Of a DNA stretch of 64,000 nucleotides, positions 42,898 through 53,660 are shown piece after piece (position 1 is the stretch's first letter; the number at the start of each line of letters is the position of its first letter). The notes beneath the pieces are model-generated. The model was given only the letters and a program-made list of their open reading frames with translations, had not been told where the DNA came from and made no database searches. Source of the DNA: Planctomycetota bacterium. GTDB taxonomy: Bacteria; Planctomycetota; Phycisphaerae; UBA1845. The DNA lies in assembly GCA_030616775.1 (NCBI GenBank), contig JAUWWQ010000006.1, forward strand, positions 1-64,000. The letters are read 5' to 3'. A program made the translations under genes and the position numbers.

Positions 42898-43779
42898 ATG
42901 ATGTCTGCGAGACTAAGAGGAACAGTTGCGATTGTGGCGATCGTACAAAGCTCGGTGATCGCCGGCCTGCCGGCTGACGGCGGCTACGCCGCCGAGGAGC
43001 GGGTTTTGCTGGAGTGGGCGACCCGTTTTCGAGCACGTTCCGGGGCGATCTGTGAGCGAGTCTCGGTGCCTTCCCGCTACGAGGCTGAGGAGCGGATCCG
43101 GCAGGCCATCGATACGCTCGAGGGCAAGCAGAGGGCATTTATGAACAAGAGCTTGGAATCACTCGGCGAGATTCCCGGTCGCATCCAGCCGGGCCGTGTG
43201 GGCGTGGCCTGGGGCCCCTCGCTGGAGTTGGAGGTCAGCCGTCGGCAGACGCAGCTCTTGAAGGCGTGGGACCGTTGTCGGAAAGACTGCTCGCTAGACC
43301 GCGTGATCAAGCAGGCCCGGAAATACGGCAATACCGTCGAGGGTGACGCTACGGAGTGGCGAACACGAGTGCTCAAGAACGAGGCCCGTCTCGCGCAAAT
43401 GGAGCGGGCGAGTCGGGAAAGAATCCTCTCGCCCCGGGTACGACGATATGCCCTTAATTGGCTTCTGGGCGGGCACCCCGAGGCTTTTGTTCCACCAGAG
43501 TGGACCCGAGTGGCCAAACGCTCGCGACCGACGAGTGCGGGTGGCCAGGCGATCCTGACCGGTGCAGTGTCCGTGACTGACGAGTTTCATGATATGCGAA
43601 CCTGCCTCAGGCACCTGGAGGGCGTCTTGGTTGCTGTTGGCTTGGGCGACTTCGGCCCTGAGTACCTGATCCAGATAGAGCGGGGAACGAAAGAACGGCG
43701 GCGCGGGGCGCACCGGGTCCTAGTTGCGCTGACCGGCGAGCATCTCTCTGGGAGTCACGTCCAGCTGGCCAAGCGATGA
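42898..43779 (+). CDS. Hypothetical secreted protein
   Basis: 293 aa. A GAGGAGG Shine-Dalgarno precedes the ATG, and there is a signal-peptide-like N-terminus 'MMSARLRGTVAIVAIVQSSVIAGLPA'. No recognised family. Confidence 0.5.
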   Translation: MMSARLRGTVAIVAIVQSSVIAGLPADGGYAAEERVLLEWATRFRARSGAICERVSVPSRYEAEERIRQAIDTLEGKQRAFMNKSLESLGEIPGRIQPGRVGVAWGPSLELEVSRRQTQLLKAWDRCRKDCSLDRVIKQARKYGNTVEGDATEWRTRVLKNEARLAQMERASRERILSPRVRRYALNWLLGGHPEAFVPPEWTRVAKRSRPTSAGGQAILTGAVSVTDEFHDMRTCLRHLEGVLVAVGLGDFGPEYLIQIERGTKERRRGAHRVLVALTGEHLSGSHVQLAKR

Positions 43780-43918
43780 TTGGACGGGCACCAGTCAATA
43801 GGCTCGTACAGAGTCTCGCGGAGACGACGGTGATAAGCCGTCGTCTTTGCGCTCCGAGATACGCACTCCCAAGGCACGAGGCCCGAACCGATCACGGGCA
43901 TGTTAACTCGGTGAGCAT

Positions 43919-45400
43919 TCAATCCACCATGCGGTGCCCGCAAACACCGCAATACCGACCGCCGCGGGTCTGTATGGCGTTACACTGCGGACAACGTCGG
44001 GCTACCGAGGCCCCCTGTGAGGCGGTCTGACTCCGGCCGGCATGTTCCCGGCAGGTCCGGATCCCGTGGGCACTCCAGCAGTCAAAGCATATCCCTCTGT
44101 CGCAATGTTCACAGGAACCGCCCATACTCAGTGCCGAGGCAAGTGATACCCGGCAGTAAGAACAGCTGTAAATGGGCAGTGCCGCAGGCCGCTCAACCCG
44201 ATTTGGCGAGGAAGGTAGACCAGTGGTCTCTTCAGGACCCGACGCCGCGCGGTCGAGAAACCCGTGCAGGCGCTGTGCGAATTCATGCGCCGTGAGAAAC
44301 CGGCGTGATGGCTCCTTCTCCAACGCCCGGTAAACGACCTCCGCAAGCTCTGTCGGTACCGAAGGCCTCAGTTCCCGTGGATCCGGTGTGGGGACCTCAC
44401 GAATCGCCTGCATGACGGCCCAAACGCTCTTACCCTGGAACGGCAACGCTCCGGTCAATAGCTCAAATAGCACAACGCCGACCGAAAACAGATCCGTACG
44501 GATACCCAAGTCTTTCTCACCGGCCACCTGTTCGGGCGACATGTAGGAGGGCGTACCTGATATGACGCCCTCTTGTGTACGTAACGCGTCCGCACTCACG
44601 ATGCGCGCCAGACCGAAATCCGCGAGCTTCGCGGGGCGTCCACGATCGGGAAACAGCACGTTCGCCGGCTTGACATCTCGGTGGATGATGCCGTTCTCGT
44701 GCGCGTGAGCTAGTGCCACGAGAATGTCATGGCAAATCTCGGCCGCCTGGAGGGGCTCGAGGGGAGCCTCATCGTCAACGAGGTCGGCCAACGAGCCGCC
44801 CTTCAGGAACTCCATGGCGATAAACGGCATGCGTTGCTCTTCGCCGACCGCATGGATTGTCACGATGTTCGGGTGGGTTAGTCTTGCTACCGCCCGGGCC
44901 TCGAACAGAAAACGTCTCCGGGCGTCGGAGTCACCTCGTTGCTGGGGACGCATCAGCTTCAGCGCCACGCGCCGCTCCAGGGCGAGCTCGTGCGCCAGGA
45001 GCACAACGCCCGTGGCACCCGCGCCGAGCACTCTCATGATGTCGTAGGGGCCATAACGGGCGAGATAGGTCGGATCGCGCGGGGGCTCCGGCTTCAGACC
45101 CAGCTCGACGAGGGCCTGCCTGTCGTCGACAAGGACGGAGGGAAAGGAGGCGGTCAGGCGCGCAGAAAGCGTGTCGTCGTCAGTGCGGTGCTGGAGAGCG
45201 TTCCGCCCCGCGTCGACTATTCCCCGTAGATCATACAGCGACTCGAGCATGTGATCAAACTGCGCGCGGCACTCTCGACAAAGGTCGAGATGTTCGACAA
45301 CCTCCGCAAGTTCCTGCGGTTCGGCCGCGTCCTCAGCCACGCGCTGCATCACGTCACTCGTTGGGCAGATGCGCTTTCGGTCCATTCGTCCCAAACTCAT
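43919..45400 (-). CDS. Ser/Thr protein kinase with an N-terminal anti-sigma-type zinc finger (zf-HC2) and C-terminal zinc ribbons
   Basis: 'HLDLCRECRAQFDH' zf-HC2-like. Kinase 'LGAGATGVVLLA...ALKLMR', 'IIHRDVKPANVLF', 'DFGLARIV', 'GTPSYMSPEQ'. C-terminal 'CSYC...CEHCDRGICFDC...CPQCN...CGVCG'. The start is 45400 or 45385; it overlaps the ECF gene's 3' end. Confidence 0.85.
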   Translation of the reverse strand: MSLGRMDRKRICPTSDVMQRVAEDAAEPQELAEVVEHLDLCRECRAQFDHMLESLYDLRGIVDAGRNALQHRTDDDTLSARLTASFPSVLVDDRQALVELGLKPEPPRDPTYLARYGPYDIMRVLGAGATGVVLLAHELALERRVALKLMRPQQRGDSDARRRFLFEARAVARLTHPNIVTIHAVGEEQRMPFIAMEFLKGGSLADLVDDEAPLEPLQAAEICHDILVALAHAHENGIIHRDVKPANVLFPDRGRPAKLADFGLARIVSADALRTQEGVISGTPSYMSPEQVAGEKDLGIRTDLFSVGVVLFELLTGALPFQGKSVWAVMQAIREVPTPDPRELRPSVPTELAEVVYRALEKEPSRRFLTAHEFAQRLHGFLDRAASGPEETTGLPSSPNRVERPAALPIYSCSYCRVSLASALSMGGSCEHCDRGICFDCWSAHGIRTCREHAGRSQTASQGASVARRCPQCNAIQTRGGRYCGVCGHRMVD

Positions 45401-45989
45401 CAGTATCCTCCACCACTTGGCGTAGACGCTTTAAAACACGGCACTTATTGACATATACCTGTCCCACACTCATGCCTAACCCCTCAGCCACCTGCTGGGC
45501 CGGAGAGCCGTGGAGGACCGTCATCTGGAATGTCCGCCATATCGGCTGCGAAACTTGCCTGCGCACCTGATCCATGGCGGCCTCGAGCACTCGTTGACGC
45601 CACTCTTGCTCCCACATCTCCTCCAGTTGATCATGAGGATCCGGCTGCTGCAGGAACACTTCGAGGACTGCGGTGCCACCAGGTGACAGGGGAGTGCGTC
45701 TCTGTTGCGCGAAGAAACGCAGAGCGCGGCGGATCGTAACGGTCTTCAGCCACCCACGGAATCTCCCTTTGGCCGGGTCGTACTTGAAGGAAGGGAGACG
45801 CCGGACCACAATTGCGAAAACCTCTTGTGTCAGATCCGCGGTGTCGGCCTCGACGACGCCGAGTTTTCTCAGGAATCGGGAGATCAGTGGCCCATAGAGG
45901 TCCACGAACTCCTTCCAGCTCTCCTGACTCCGCAGGTCTTTCACACGCGCGAGCAGGGAGACCCGCGTAGTACCCACCCGGTCGCTCAT
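45354..45989 (-). CDS. ECF-type RNA polymerase sigma factor (sigma-70 regions 2 and 4)
   Basis: 'DLTQEVFAIVVRRLPSFKYDPAKGRFRGWLKTVTIRRAL' (region 2) and 'PAQQVAEGLGMSVGQVYVNKCRVLKRLRQ' (region 4). It is directly upstream of the zf-HC2 kinase. Confidence 0.85.
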   Translation of the reverse strand: MSDRVGTTRVSLLARVKDLRSQESWKEFVDLYGPLISRFLRKLGVVEADTADLTQEVFAIVVRRLPSFKYDPAKGRFRGWLKTVTIRRALRFFAQQRRTPLSPGGTAVLEVFLQQPDPHDQLEEMWEQEWRQRVLEAAMDQVRRQVSQPIWRTFQMTVLHGSPAQQVAEGLGMSVGQVYVNKCRVLKRLRQVVEDTDEFGTNGPKAHLPNE

Positions 45990-46437
45990 AGCCGCACTCG
46001 GTCTGCAACGGACCATACACGTACCGCCGGCGCGTCTTGCAGCGAGCCTGACCTCCCTCGACCTGCTTGGGTCTCGGGGTGGTGGCCCCTGCGGCTGGCT
46101 AGCCCGCCAACCGCCGCCGGATCGATAGGCTCAAGTCATAACCACAGATGCCTCAGGTTCTCAACGCCCATGCTAAGACAACCAGAAGCCTATCCTTCAC
46201 GGGCATTCGTGGCAAAGTCACTCTTTATTGTAGCGTTCTAATGCGTGCTCGTATGCACGTTCTCTCGTCGCGAAGGCTCGCCGGTGCGTATTCCTCCGGG
46301 CTGGGTCTTGTGGCGTGCCTCGCTCGCGGCAGCCAACTGTTGGGATAGCCGTCCCGTCTGGGGCCGCCCCGGCCGGCGGGGCGGGCGGTTCGTCGATTCC
46401 TCGTTTGCACCAACCTGATGGTTGGCGCGCTGGCGTC

Positions 46438-47673
46438 TCAGCGGCGGGCGGGCAGCGAAGCCGATTGCGGCACGAAGTCGTGTGCCGGGGCGGTCTGCCG
46501 AGCCATGAACCTCTCGAGTTCCACGATGCGTTGCGTCAGGCGGGGGTGGTACGCGTACATCTGGTTCAAAAAGCCGAGGATCTCGGGAATGTCCTCCTCC
46601 TGAGCGACCAGGGCCTGCAGATTGAGCTTTCCCACAAGCATGCGGCTGCCACTGGCCAGAGCCGCCAGGGCCCGTTGGGCAGCGTCGAGCTTGCCGGTTA
46701 CTGCGAGGGCGAGTCGATCAGCCGTCAACTCTTTAGCACGGCCGTAAGCGCTGCCGAAGAAGGGGAGCAACATGGCAGGTTTTAGAAACAGGTTCTTGAT
46801 GATGGCCACGTGGCCGGCGGCGTGGTGCGCCAGCTCGTGCGCCAAGACGACGTCGAGTTCGTCCCGTCGACCGGTGCTGAGCATGAGGTCTATCAGATCA
46901 GAGCTGAGGAATATGAACCGCCCACCGAGCAGCCGCAACGCCAAGGCGTTGATCTGCCCATTGCTGCTGACGACGAAGATCTCGGGAAGACGCTGCATCC
47001 CCAGCGCGCTGGCAATATCGCGCGCGGCAGTGTAGATCTCCGGATGCTGCTCGGAGCTGACCCTAACAGAGCTGCCCATGACGCTGGCCCGGTAGAACTG
47101 GGTCATCGCCCAACCTATAAGCAGCACGCCGAGTACGATTGGTATCAACCACAGCGCGGTCAGCAGGAGGACGGGAGTCACGGCCAGCCAGGCCAGACCA
47201 CTCACGACGGTCGCCAGTAGGAAACGGAACTTCTCCTTCTGGTGGCGATAGTGCCAAATCGATATTGGAGCGCCAGGATCCCGTGGCGCGGCATCTGCGC
47301 GAGGGCCTGGGAGAGGATCGAGGTCCGCCCTGGGCTGGGTGTCGGCCAGCGGGGGCGTTCGCATCATCGGAGTATGCGTTGGCCCGCCGCCGACGGCGGC
47401 CACGCCCCGTCCGCCGGGTGGGCTGGCGAGCGGCCCCATGCCGGCCGTCCGCGTTGGCTGTCGTACGGGCAGCGGCGGCGGCGTGCCGTAAGAAGATGCC
47501 GGATCAGTCGAGTGGCTGTCGTCGGGCTTGGCGGCCGCCGGCGCGTTGGTTGCTTCGGTCGTCCGTGTCGATATCTTGAACGACCTATGACATGCCGGAC
47601 ATTCACCCTGCTGCCCGGCCATACGTTCGTCGATCTTCAGGTTCTTCTTACAGTAGGGACAAGGCGTGATCAT
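46438..47673 (-). CDS. M48-family zinc metalloprotease (HtpX-like) with an N-terminal cytoplasmic zinc ribbon and a Pro-rich linker
   Basis: 'CPYCKKNLKIDERMAGQQGECPACH' ribbon, TM helices, 'HELAHHAAGH' HExxH motif and a downstream 'ELTADRLA' Glu. Confidence 0.75.
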   Translation of the reverse strand: MITPCPYCKKNLKIDERMAGQQGECPACHRSFKISTRTTEATNAPAAAKPDDSHSTDPASSYGTPPPLPVRQPTRTAGMGPLASPPGGRGVAAVGGGPTHTPMMRTPPLADTQPRADLDPLPGPRADAAPRDPGAPISIWHYRHQKEKFRFLLATVVSGLAWLAVTPVLLLTALWLIPIVLGVLLIGWAMTQFYRASVMGSSVRVSSEQHPEIYTAARDIASALGMQRLPEIFVVSSNGQINALALRLLGGRFIFLSSDLIDLMLSTGRRDELDVVLAHELAHHAAGHVAIIKNLFLKPAMLLPFFGSAYGRAKELTADRLALAVTGKLDAAQRALAALASGSRMLVGKLNLQALVAQEEDIPEILGFLNQMYAYHPRLTQRIVELERFMARQTAPAHDFVPQSASLPARR

Positions 47674-48148
47674 CGTCAATCTCCCGATTGTCTCGCCACT
47701 GGTCGCGTCACAGCGCGCAGTGCCCAGTGCCACCGGTACCTTCACACGAAACGAACGACTCGATCACAAGTCGGGCGCAATAGGTGCGATAGCACGCACG
47801 TTTGCCCCAACCCGTGAGCCGTCCGCCCTTCAAGAAGTCCCGCAAGAGCAGGATCTCAGTATTGGCAACTTACACGTGCACCTCTCGTGCTTCGGAGCAT
47901 TTTCGCCTAGCGGTCGCTCGGCCGGGCACAGCGCCATTCGCAACATCTGAACACTCCATTGTCTGATATGCTGCCCCAGCCGACATCTTACACGATTGTG
48001 AGCAGACCGACAAGGCTCAGCGCGTGTGTCCCGCGAGAGATACTGTCGCTCTCGAGAACCCGGGAGCACCTGTTGCAGTGCGGTGTTGTCTTGCCTCGCA
48101 ATTCAATGGAATCTCCCGACAGCAGAATGTGAGAGGCTCCGTGGCCCA

Positions 48149-48541
48149 CTACGCTGCGGGCCGTTCTCGTAGTGCGTCCAGTTTGGCCTTGGCCTCACGG
48201 GCCCAGGCCTGCCAACGCGGCAGCTCAGGCCGCACCTTCCCTTCGTAGACCTCCTGCGGTGTCACCGGGTCACCGCCGCCCTCCGGAACCAACGCCCAGT
48301 GCGGGCGCCGCTCGTTGTATCTCGTCTCGAACTCGGCCAGACACGCGCGGGCATCAGCCGGGCTCTCGTAGATCCGCCAGTACACCTCTTCCTCTCTGAG
48401 CGTCCGATGGAACCGCTCCAACAACCCAAGCTGGGTCGGCGTCCGGTACGCAATCCGCACCTGTTGATAGCGATCGCGGGTGAACCGCACGAACCGCTTG
48501 GCGATGAACGTCGAACCGTTGTCCGTCACCAGGAATGGCAT
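48149..48541 (-). pseudogene. Truncated C-terminal fragment of an IS3/IS481-type integrase-core (rve) transposase
   Basis: 'FLVTDNGSTFIAKRF...RIAYRTPTQLGLLERFHRTLREEEVYW...RYNERRPHWAL' covers only the distal part of the DDE core (third catalytic E region). No upstream N-terminal portion is present. Confidence 0.65.
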
Positions 48542-48759
48542 CCGCTTGAGCGGTCCGCCGATTCGCTCCGCCTCCCGACGGGCGACTGACTTGCCCCCTT
48601 GACGCTGGGCAGCGGCGGGATACGGTGAGAGTGTTGTACGGGGTACCGGTGAACCTGACGCGAAAACTCATCGACCCGGCCTCCAGCGGTACAGACCCGT
48701 AACCGGTGCTCGGTGCGACAGCCGTTGGGGGCGGGGCCTTTTCTGGGAGGACCAAACCC

Positions 48760-49848
48760 ATGATTGAGACAGCGGTTCACATTACGAAACGCCGGAACCC
48801 GTCCGGCAAGATGTGCTACACCGTCCGGTGGTTCCAGGACGGTCACTACCGCGGGCACGCCTGCGGTCTGCACAAGGAAACGGCGTACGAGTATCGACGC
48901 CAGAAGCGGTGGGAGCTGAAGCAGGGTATCAGCGACGATATCTGCGCGGTCTCCTGGGAACGGTTCGTGGCCGAGCATGTCGCGAACATACCCGGCAAGA
49001 ACCGCGGTGACCTCGTGCGGCAGACCTTGCATCAGTTTGGCGAGATGTTCCACCCGTCAGGACCGCACGCAGTTAGTTTCGGCATGGTCGAGGAATTCCA
49101 GCGGCGTCTGCGGATACTAAAGGAAGGTAATGGTGGAAAGCTACTTTCACCGCACACGATCAACAGCAAGTTGAGGCGGTTGAAGCACGCGTTGAACATG
49201 GCTGTGGAACGCCGGTACATCCGACGCAACCCCATGGGCAAGCGTCTTCGGTTCGAGCCTGTCGAGGAAATGGACCCCGTCCAGGTGCCGGATGAGTGGA
49301 AGCAGGCGGTGTTGGATGCATGCCCGACGCTGACATGGAAGGCGTTTCTTTACCTGCTCACCACGACCGGGTGCCGCCGAGGTGAGATCCTCGGGCTGGA
49401 GTGGGAGCGGGTTCACCTGGATGGTGCGTTCATCCGCTTGACGAAGACAAAGACGAAACGCGTGCGACTTCAGCCGCTGGTGCCGTCAGCGCTAGACTTG
49501 CTCGGGCGGCTGTATGCTGACGCCCCGAAGATGGTTGACGGTGGCCGAGAGGTTCCGAAAGAACCGTTGGTGTTTCGCGCACTAAAGTTCAACGTCCACC
49601 GCGAGTTCAACCGGATCAGGGACCGGGCGACGCTGGGCGACGGCTCACCGCTGCCGTTCTTTCGGATGAAAGACCTGCGTTCGACGGCTGGGACCGACGC
49701 GGCTGATGAGCAGTTTTCAGAGTTCAACGTCGCCAGCTTCCTGGGGCATTCCGACTCGAAGGTAACGGCCAAGCACTACATCAAGCGGAAGCTGGACGCC
49801 AAGCGTCAGATAGCTGAAGCACTTGCATCCAAGTTGAACATCGCATGA
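48760..49848 (+). CDS. Tyrosine site-specific recombinase (phage-integrase family)
   Basis: C-terminal catalytic domain 'TGCRRGEILGLEWERVHLD...LRSTAGT...FLGHSDSKVTAKHYIK' (R...HxxR...Y). A GGGAGG Shine-Dalgarno sits 9 nt upstream of the ATG at 48760. Confidence 0.85.
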   Translation: MIETAVHITKRRNPSGKMCYTVRWFQDGHYRGHACGLHKETAYEYRRQKRWELKQGISDDICAVSWERFVAEHVANIPGKNRGDLVRQTLHQFGEMFHPSGPHAVSFGMVEEFQRRLRILKEGNGGKLLSPHTINSKLRRLKHALNMAVERRYIRRNPMGKRLRFEPVEEMDPVQVPDEWKQAVLDACPTLTWKAFLYLLTTTGCRRGEILGLEWERVHLDGAFIRLTKTKTKRVRLQPLVPSALDLLGRLYADAPKMVDGGREVPKEPLVFRALKFNVHREFNRIRDRATLGDGSPLPFFRMKDLRSTAGTDAADEQFSEFNVASFLGHSDSKVTAKHYIKRKLDAKRQIAEALASKLNIA

Positions 49849-50138
49849 CCGCCCGGCGCAGCACACGCGCAACACATCCACAGCCTAAACGCCAAGAACC
49901 GGCGTTTTTGATCCCACAGAGGCGGTTCCTGGCCGCCGACTAACGTCTCACGCAGCTGGTCGTCGTGGCGCCCGAATGGCGCCAGGAGACGGTGGTCGAG
50001 GTCACGCCGTCGACGAAGAGGAGCGATGTCGGATCTGTCATGCAACGTCCTTGAAACACGGGCACCGGGAAGCGCAAATCGAGTATTGAGCCACGGCAAC
50101 TGGGCCTACTCGGTAAGACCGCCTCGCCTCCGTTCATT

Positions 50139-53100
50139 TCACGGCGCTAAAGTGTGTGCCGCCTGGCCGAGCGAATGCAGCTGGAGGACACCGTCATCCA
50201 ACGCCTCCTCCGCCAGCGTCACCAGTCGAGCGTGGTGGGTGAAGCAGATGACCTGGGTCCGGCGCGAGAGCTCCGCTAGTGCCTGGAGGGCGATCTTTGC
50301 CCGGGAGTCGTCAAAGTTGATCAAAACGTCGTCCACGATGAACGGAATCGGCTCGACCTCTTCCAGGTTGCGTTCCAGGCTTGCCAAGCGGAGGCAAAGG
50401 TAAAGCTGGTCGCGCGTTCCCTCACTCATGCCCTCAACAAAGACAAGCTCGCCGGACGGCCGGACTCCCACCAAGACGGGCTCGTCCCGGTCATCAAAGT
50501 CGGTCTGCAAGCTAGCGAACGACCCGAGCGTCAGTCGACCGAAAAGTTCGCTGGCACGCCTGAGGATCGGATCCTGGTTCTGCTCTCGATGGTGCTCGAT
50601 CTGCTGGTGAAGAATTGTGGCGGCGAGCCGAAGGCGCACGAAACGCTCGGCGCCATCCTGGATCTCAGTCAGGAGAGACTGCGCCCTCTCCTCCGCTTCG
50701 GCAGCCTTTGAATTGCCGTCCATGCCTTCCAGTACCGTTTCCTCGCGTCCGATGGCTTGATCGAGCCGGGAACGCCGACGTTCAAGCTCTGCGACAGTGT
50801 TCTCGACCTCCAGTAGCCGGGTGGACAGCTCGTCTTGATCGACGTCATTTGCCTCCTGGATGATCTGATCGACGGTAAGACCTTCTCCCAGGCCCAGTAG
50901 TCGCTCCTCCAACTCCCGAAGATCGGCTTGCAGGTTGCGTTTTCGCACGGATTGCCCTTCCATCTCTTCTAGTTCATCCATTCCGCAGGACGCCTCCTGA
51001 CAGAGGTCGTCGAGTTGAGCATTCATCTCCTTGATGGTGGCTTGTGCTTCCTCCAAGTCTGCTTGTTTTTCTCTCTCCTGTGCCCCCAGCTTGTCGATGG
51101 CCACCTTGTCTTCCCGAGCCTGATTCAACCTGGTCACGAGCTGCGAAGTTGCCTGGTCGGCGGGGAGTTCAACCAGTTCCGGGGCCACCTGCTTCACCAC
51201 TGCTGCAACGTCCGCCTTGAACTGATCGTCATCCCGCCGGATACCTTCGATCCGTATCCGTAGGTCCTCAGCATCCTCAAGCTTGTCGAAGAGCTCCTGG
51301 AGCCTGTCCAAAACCGCGTTCGCTTGATTGGGCGTGTCCCCAGGAGTCAGGCCGAGCTCTGTCACCGCCGGTTCCCATTGCCCACGCCACTCTTCGAGGG
51401 CTGCACGTGCCTCGACTCGTTTCTGAAGCGCCTTATCGCGGCTGACCTGCAAGTCCGCGATTGCCTTCTCAAGATCCTGCCGTCTCCGTCGGGTTTCGTT
51501 TAGATCGCCGATGACCGAATCGCAGCAGTCCAGCAGGTCTTCAAGGCTTGTGGCTGATTCCGGCATTGAGATCCCGGCGCGTCCGAGACAATCGGCCACT
51601 TGGGACCGGCGTTCTTCCATCAGCTTCTCGATGCGGTCGATCTCGTGACGGGCGACGCGTATTCGTTGGGCCTGCCCGGCCAATCGGCTCTGCGCCTGGA
51701 CCCACGATCGCATTTCCTTCGGGGGCCTCGGCGCATCTTCCAGCAAGCGCCATTCGTGACGCCATTCCGTATTGAGTTCTGCATGCCGCGTTTCGAGGGC
51801 CTTCCGTTGCTGCGTCCGTTGGCGGATGTCCTTTTCCGCTTCGTTCTGGCGCAGCAGCAGGTTCTCATACCGGGCCACACGGTCCGCGTCTTGCCGGATG
51901 CGGTCAACCACATCGTCAGCCTGGACCACGCTGCGTTCGTAGGCTTCGGCGAGTCCGTGGTCGGGGTCAAACGCGCGCTCTAGATCGGGGTCACGCTGGC
52001 CTTCCAGCCAAGCCCGTCGAACCATTGACCACCCTTGGGTTCGCCGTTGGCGGGCGTGCTCGAGATCCGCGTCCGTCGGCACCGGCCCCGATTGTTGCAG
52101 GGTGTCTATCTGACGGCTTACCTCATTGATTCGCTCCTCGGCCCGCTGGATCTGATCCGACACATTCCTTCGCTTGTTCTCCAGGTCAGCGTATTCGGAG
52201 TCGTAGCGATCGATGGTTTCAAATGGAGGAATAGGAAGAACCTCGAGTTGCTCAAGAGTGCCAGACCAAAGCTCTAGCTTGCTCAGGTCAATCGCGCTTT
52301 GTTCCTTCTCGCGTCTGAGCTCGGACTGGGCGCGGGCCAGTTGGTCATCCAGGTCGCCGGCCCTTCGAGCTTGTCTCACGGCCCGTTCGAGATCCGCAGT
52401 ATCCTTGGCATCTTCGAGCCCCGCCAACTCTGATGTCGACCGGTCCAGGCTCGCCTCGATGTTCTTGACGTCCTCTTCGTTGCGCTGGAGCATGGAGACA
52501 AGCGCTTCATGTTTGTTCCCGAGTTCGCGAATGCGAATCTTCCTCGTAGCGGGCAGGCGGAGTGATTCGGCTTCCTCCAGGACCAGGCCGGGCTTGAGCT
52601 CCTGCAGGATGGCCTCGGCCTGAGAGTCCAACTGCGCTCTTCGACTCTGCAGCCCCGTCAGATCTTCGGCCGCTTTGTGGTAGCTGCCGAGCCGCTGGTG
52701 GAGTTCGGCAATTGATTCGCCCTGGTGGAGGAGTTCGTCCTGAGCCGTGAGGCCCTGGATCTCCCCCCGTATTCTTTCAAGTGACGTCCGGCACTTTGCC
52801 TCAGTTCTTTGGGCATCTTTCAACGTGCGGAGCGCCTCGCGACGTTCTTCGGCGAACCCGTCCCGCAGCACCAACGCGTCAGCAAGCTCGGCCAGTTTAT
52901 CCAGTGTCATTTGTCGACCGGCACTCAGCGGATGGGACTTCTGGATTCGTTCCAACCTGGCCTTTTCGCGGCGAAGCTTGCCGAGTTCCTTAATAACAAC
53001 GTTCTTTTCTATCTTCGCGGTCTTAAGGGCGTCATCGTGTTCCGCCCACTCCCGGATGGGAAGGGAAAGTGCCTTGCGCTGCGCTCGGGCCTCCTTGAAC

Positions 53101-53660
53101 TGCTCGACGAGCAAATCGATGCGCTGCTTGCCCCTGGATTTGAAAAGGTCTCCGGCATCCGCATCGAGGGATTCCCTCACCCTTCGCAAGCTGATGCCGC
53201 CCATGCTGGCGTCGAACAGACTCTCGCCTACCACACCCTTGGCGGCAAGAATGTCCCGCCCACCATGCACCAGCTCCCGATGACTGATCCCGTAGAGCGT
53301 GGAAAACAAATCCTCGTCCACACCGGACAAGTAGCTGACCAGCGCCGTGTCAGCGAGAGCCTTGCCCCCAGGGGCTACTAGCGAGTTCTTCCTTGCCTTG
53401 CGTCGAACGAACTCCAACTCCGAACCATCCGAATGCCGGATGATGGCGCCGATACGCAGATCCTTGCTTTGGTGGCGGAAGTTGTCCGTGGACCGCATAG
53501 GGATGCCGAACAACAGGCCTTTCAATGCCCGCAGCGCACAACTCTTGCCCGTCTCGTTGTCACCGTAGATCAGATGAAATCCTTCATTGCCACCCGACAG
53601 GTCCAACACCAGATCGGTGAACGGTCCGAAAGCCTCGAGGTTCAGTCTCAAGATCTTCAT
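50139..53660 (-). CDS. SbcC/Rad50-family ABC ATPase, YhaN-like (COG4717), no CxxC zinc hook
   Basis: 1173 aa. Walker A 'GDNETGKS' at the N-terminus, about 800 aa of coiled coil, C-terminal signature-like 'SEGTRDQLYLCLRLA' and Walker B/D-loop 'PFIVDDVLINFDD'. It overlaps the upstream SbcD-like gene by 4 nt. Confidence 0.8.
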   Translation of the reverse strand: MKILRLNLEAFGPFTDLVLDLSGGNEGFHLIYGDNETGKSCALRALKGLLFGIPMRSTDNFRHQSKDLRIGAIIRHSDGSELEFVRRKARKNSLVAPGGKALADTALVSYLSGVDEDLFSTLYGISHRELVHGGRDILAAKGVVGESLFDASMGGISLRRVRESLDADAGDLFKSRGKQRIDLLVEQFKEARAQRKALSLPIREWAEHDDALKTAKIEKNVVIKELGKLRREKARLERIQKSHPLSAGRQMTLDKLAELADALVLRDGFAEERREALRTLKDAQRTEAKCRTSLERIRGEIQGLTAQDELLHQGESIAELHQRLGSYHKAAEDLTGLQSRRAQLDSQAEAILQELKPGLVLEEAESLRLPATRKIRIRELGNKHEALVSMLQRNEEDVKNIEASLDRSTSELAGLEDAKDTADLERAVRQARRAGDLDDQLARAQSELRREKEQSAIDLSKLELWSGTLEQLEVLPIPPFETIDRYDSEYADLENKRRNVSDQIQRAEERINEVSRQIDTLQQSGPVPTDADLEHARQRRTQGWSMVRRAWLEGQRDPDLERAFDPDHGLAEAYERSVVQADDVVDRIRQDADRVARYENLLLRQNEAEKDIRQRTQQRKALETRHAELNTEWRHEWRLLEDAPRPPKEMRSWVQAQSRLAGQAQRIRVARHEIDRIEKLMEERRSQVADCLGRAGISMPESATSLEDLLDCCDSVIGDLNETRRRRQDLEKAIADLQVSRDKALQKRVEARAALEEWRGQWEPAVTELGLTPGDTPNQANAVLDRLQELFDKLEDAEDLRIRIEGIRRDDDQFKADVAAVVKQVAPELVELPADQATSQLVTRLNQAREDKVAIDKLGAQEREKQADLEEAQATIKEMNAQLDDLCQEASCGMDELEEMEGQSVRKRNLQADLRELEERLLGLGEGLTVDQIIQEANDVDQDELSTRLLEVENTVAELERRRSRLDQAIGREETVLEGMDGNSKAAEAEERAQSLLTEIQDGAERFVRLRLAATILHQQIEHHREQNQDPILRRASELFGRLTLGSFASLQTDFDDRDEPVLVGVRPSGELVFVEGMSEGTRDQLYLCLRLASLERNLEEVEPIPFIVDDVLINFDDSRAKIALQALAELSRRTQVICFTHHARLVTLAEEALDDGVLQLHSLGQAAHTLAP

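Noticed and set aside
48000-48150. Possible tRNA or attachment site next to the integrase
   Set aside because: Hand-folding of the GC-rich segment 48080-48150 did not yield a cloverleaf. No tRNA is adjacent to the integrase, so the island ends were instead inferred from IS remnants.
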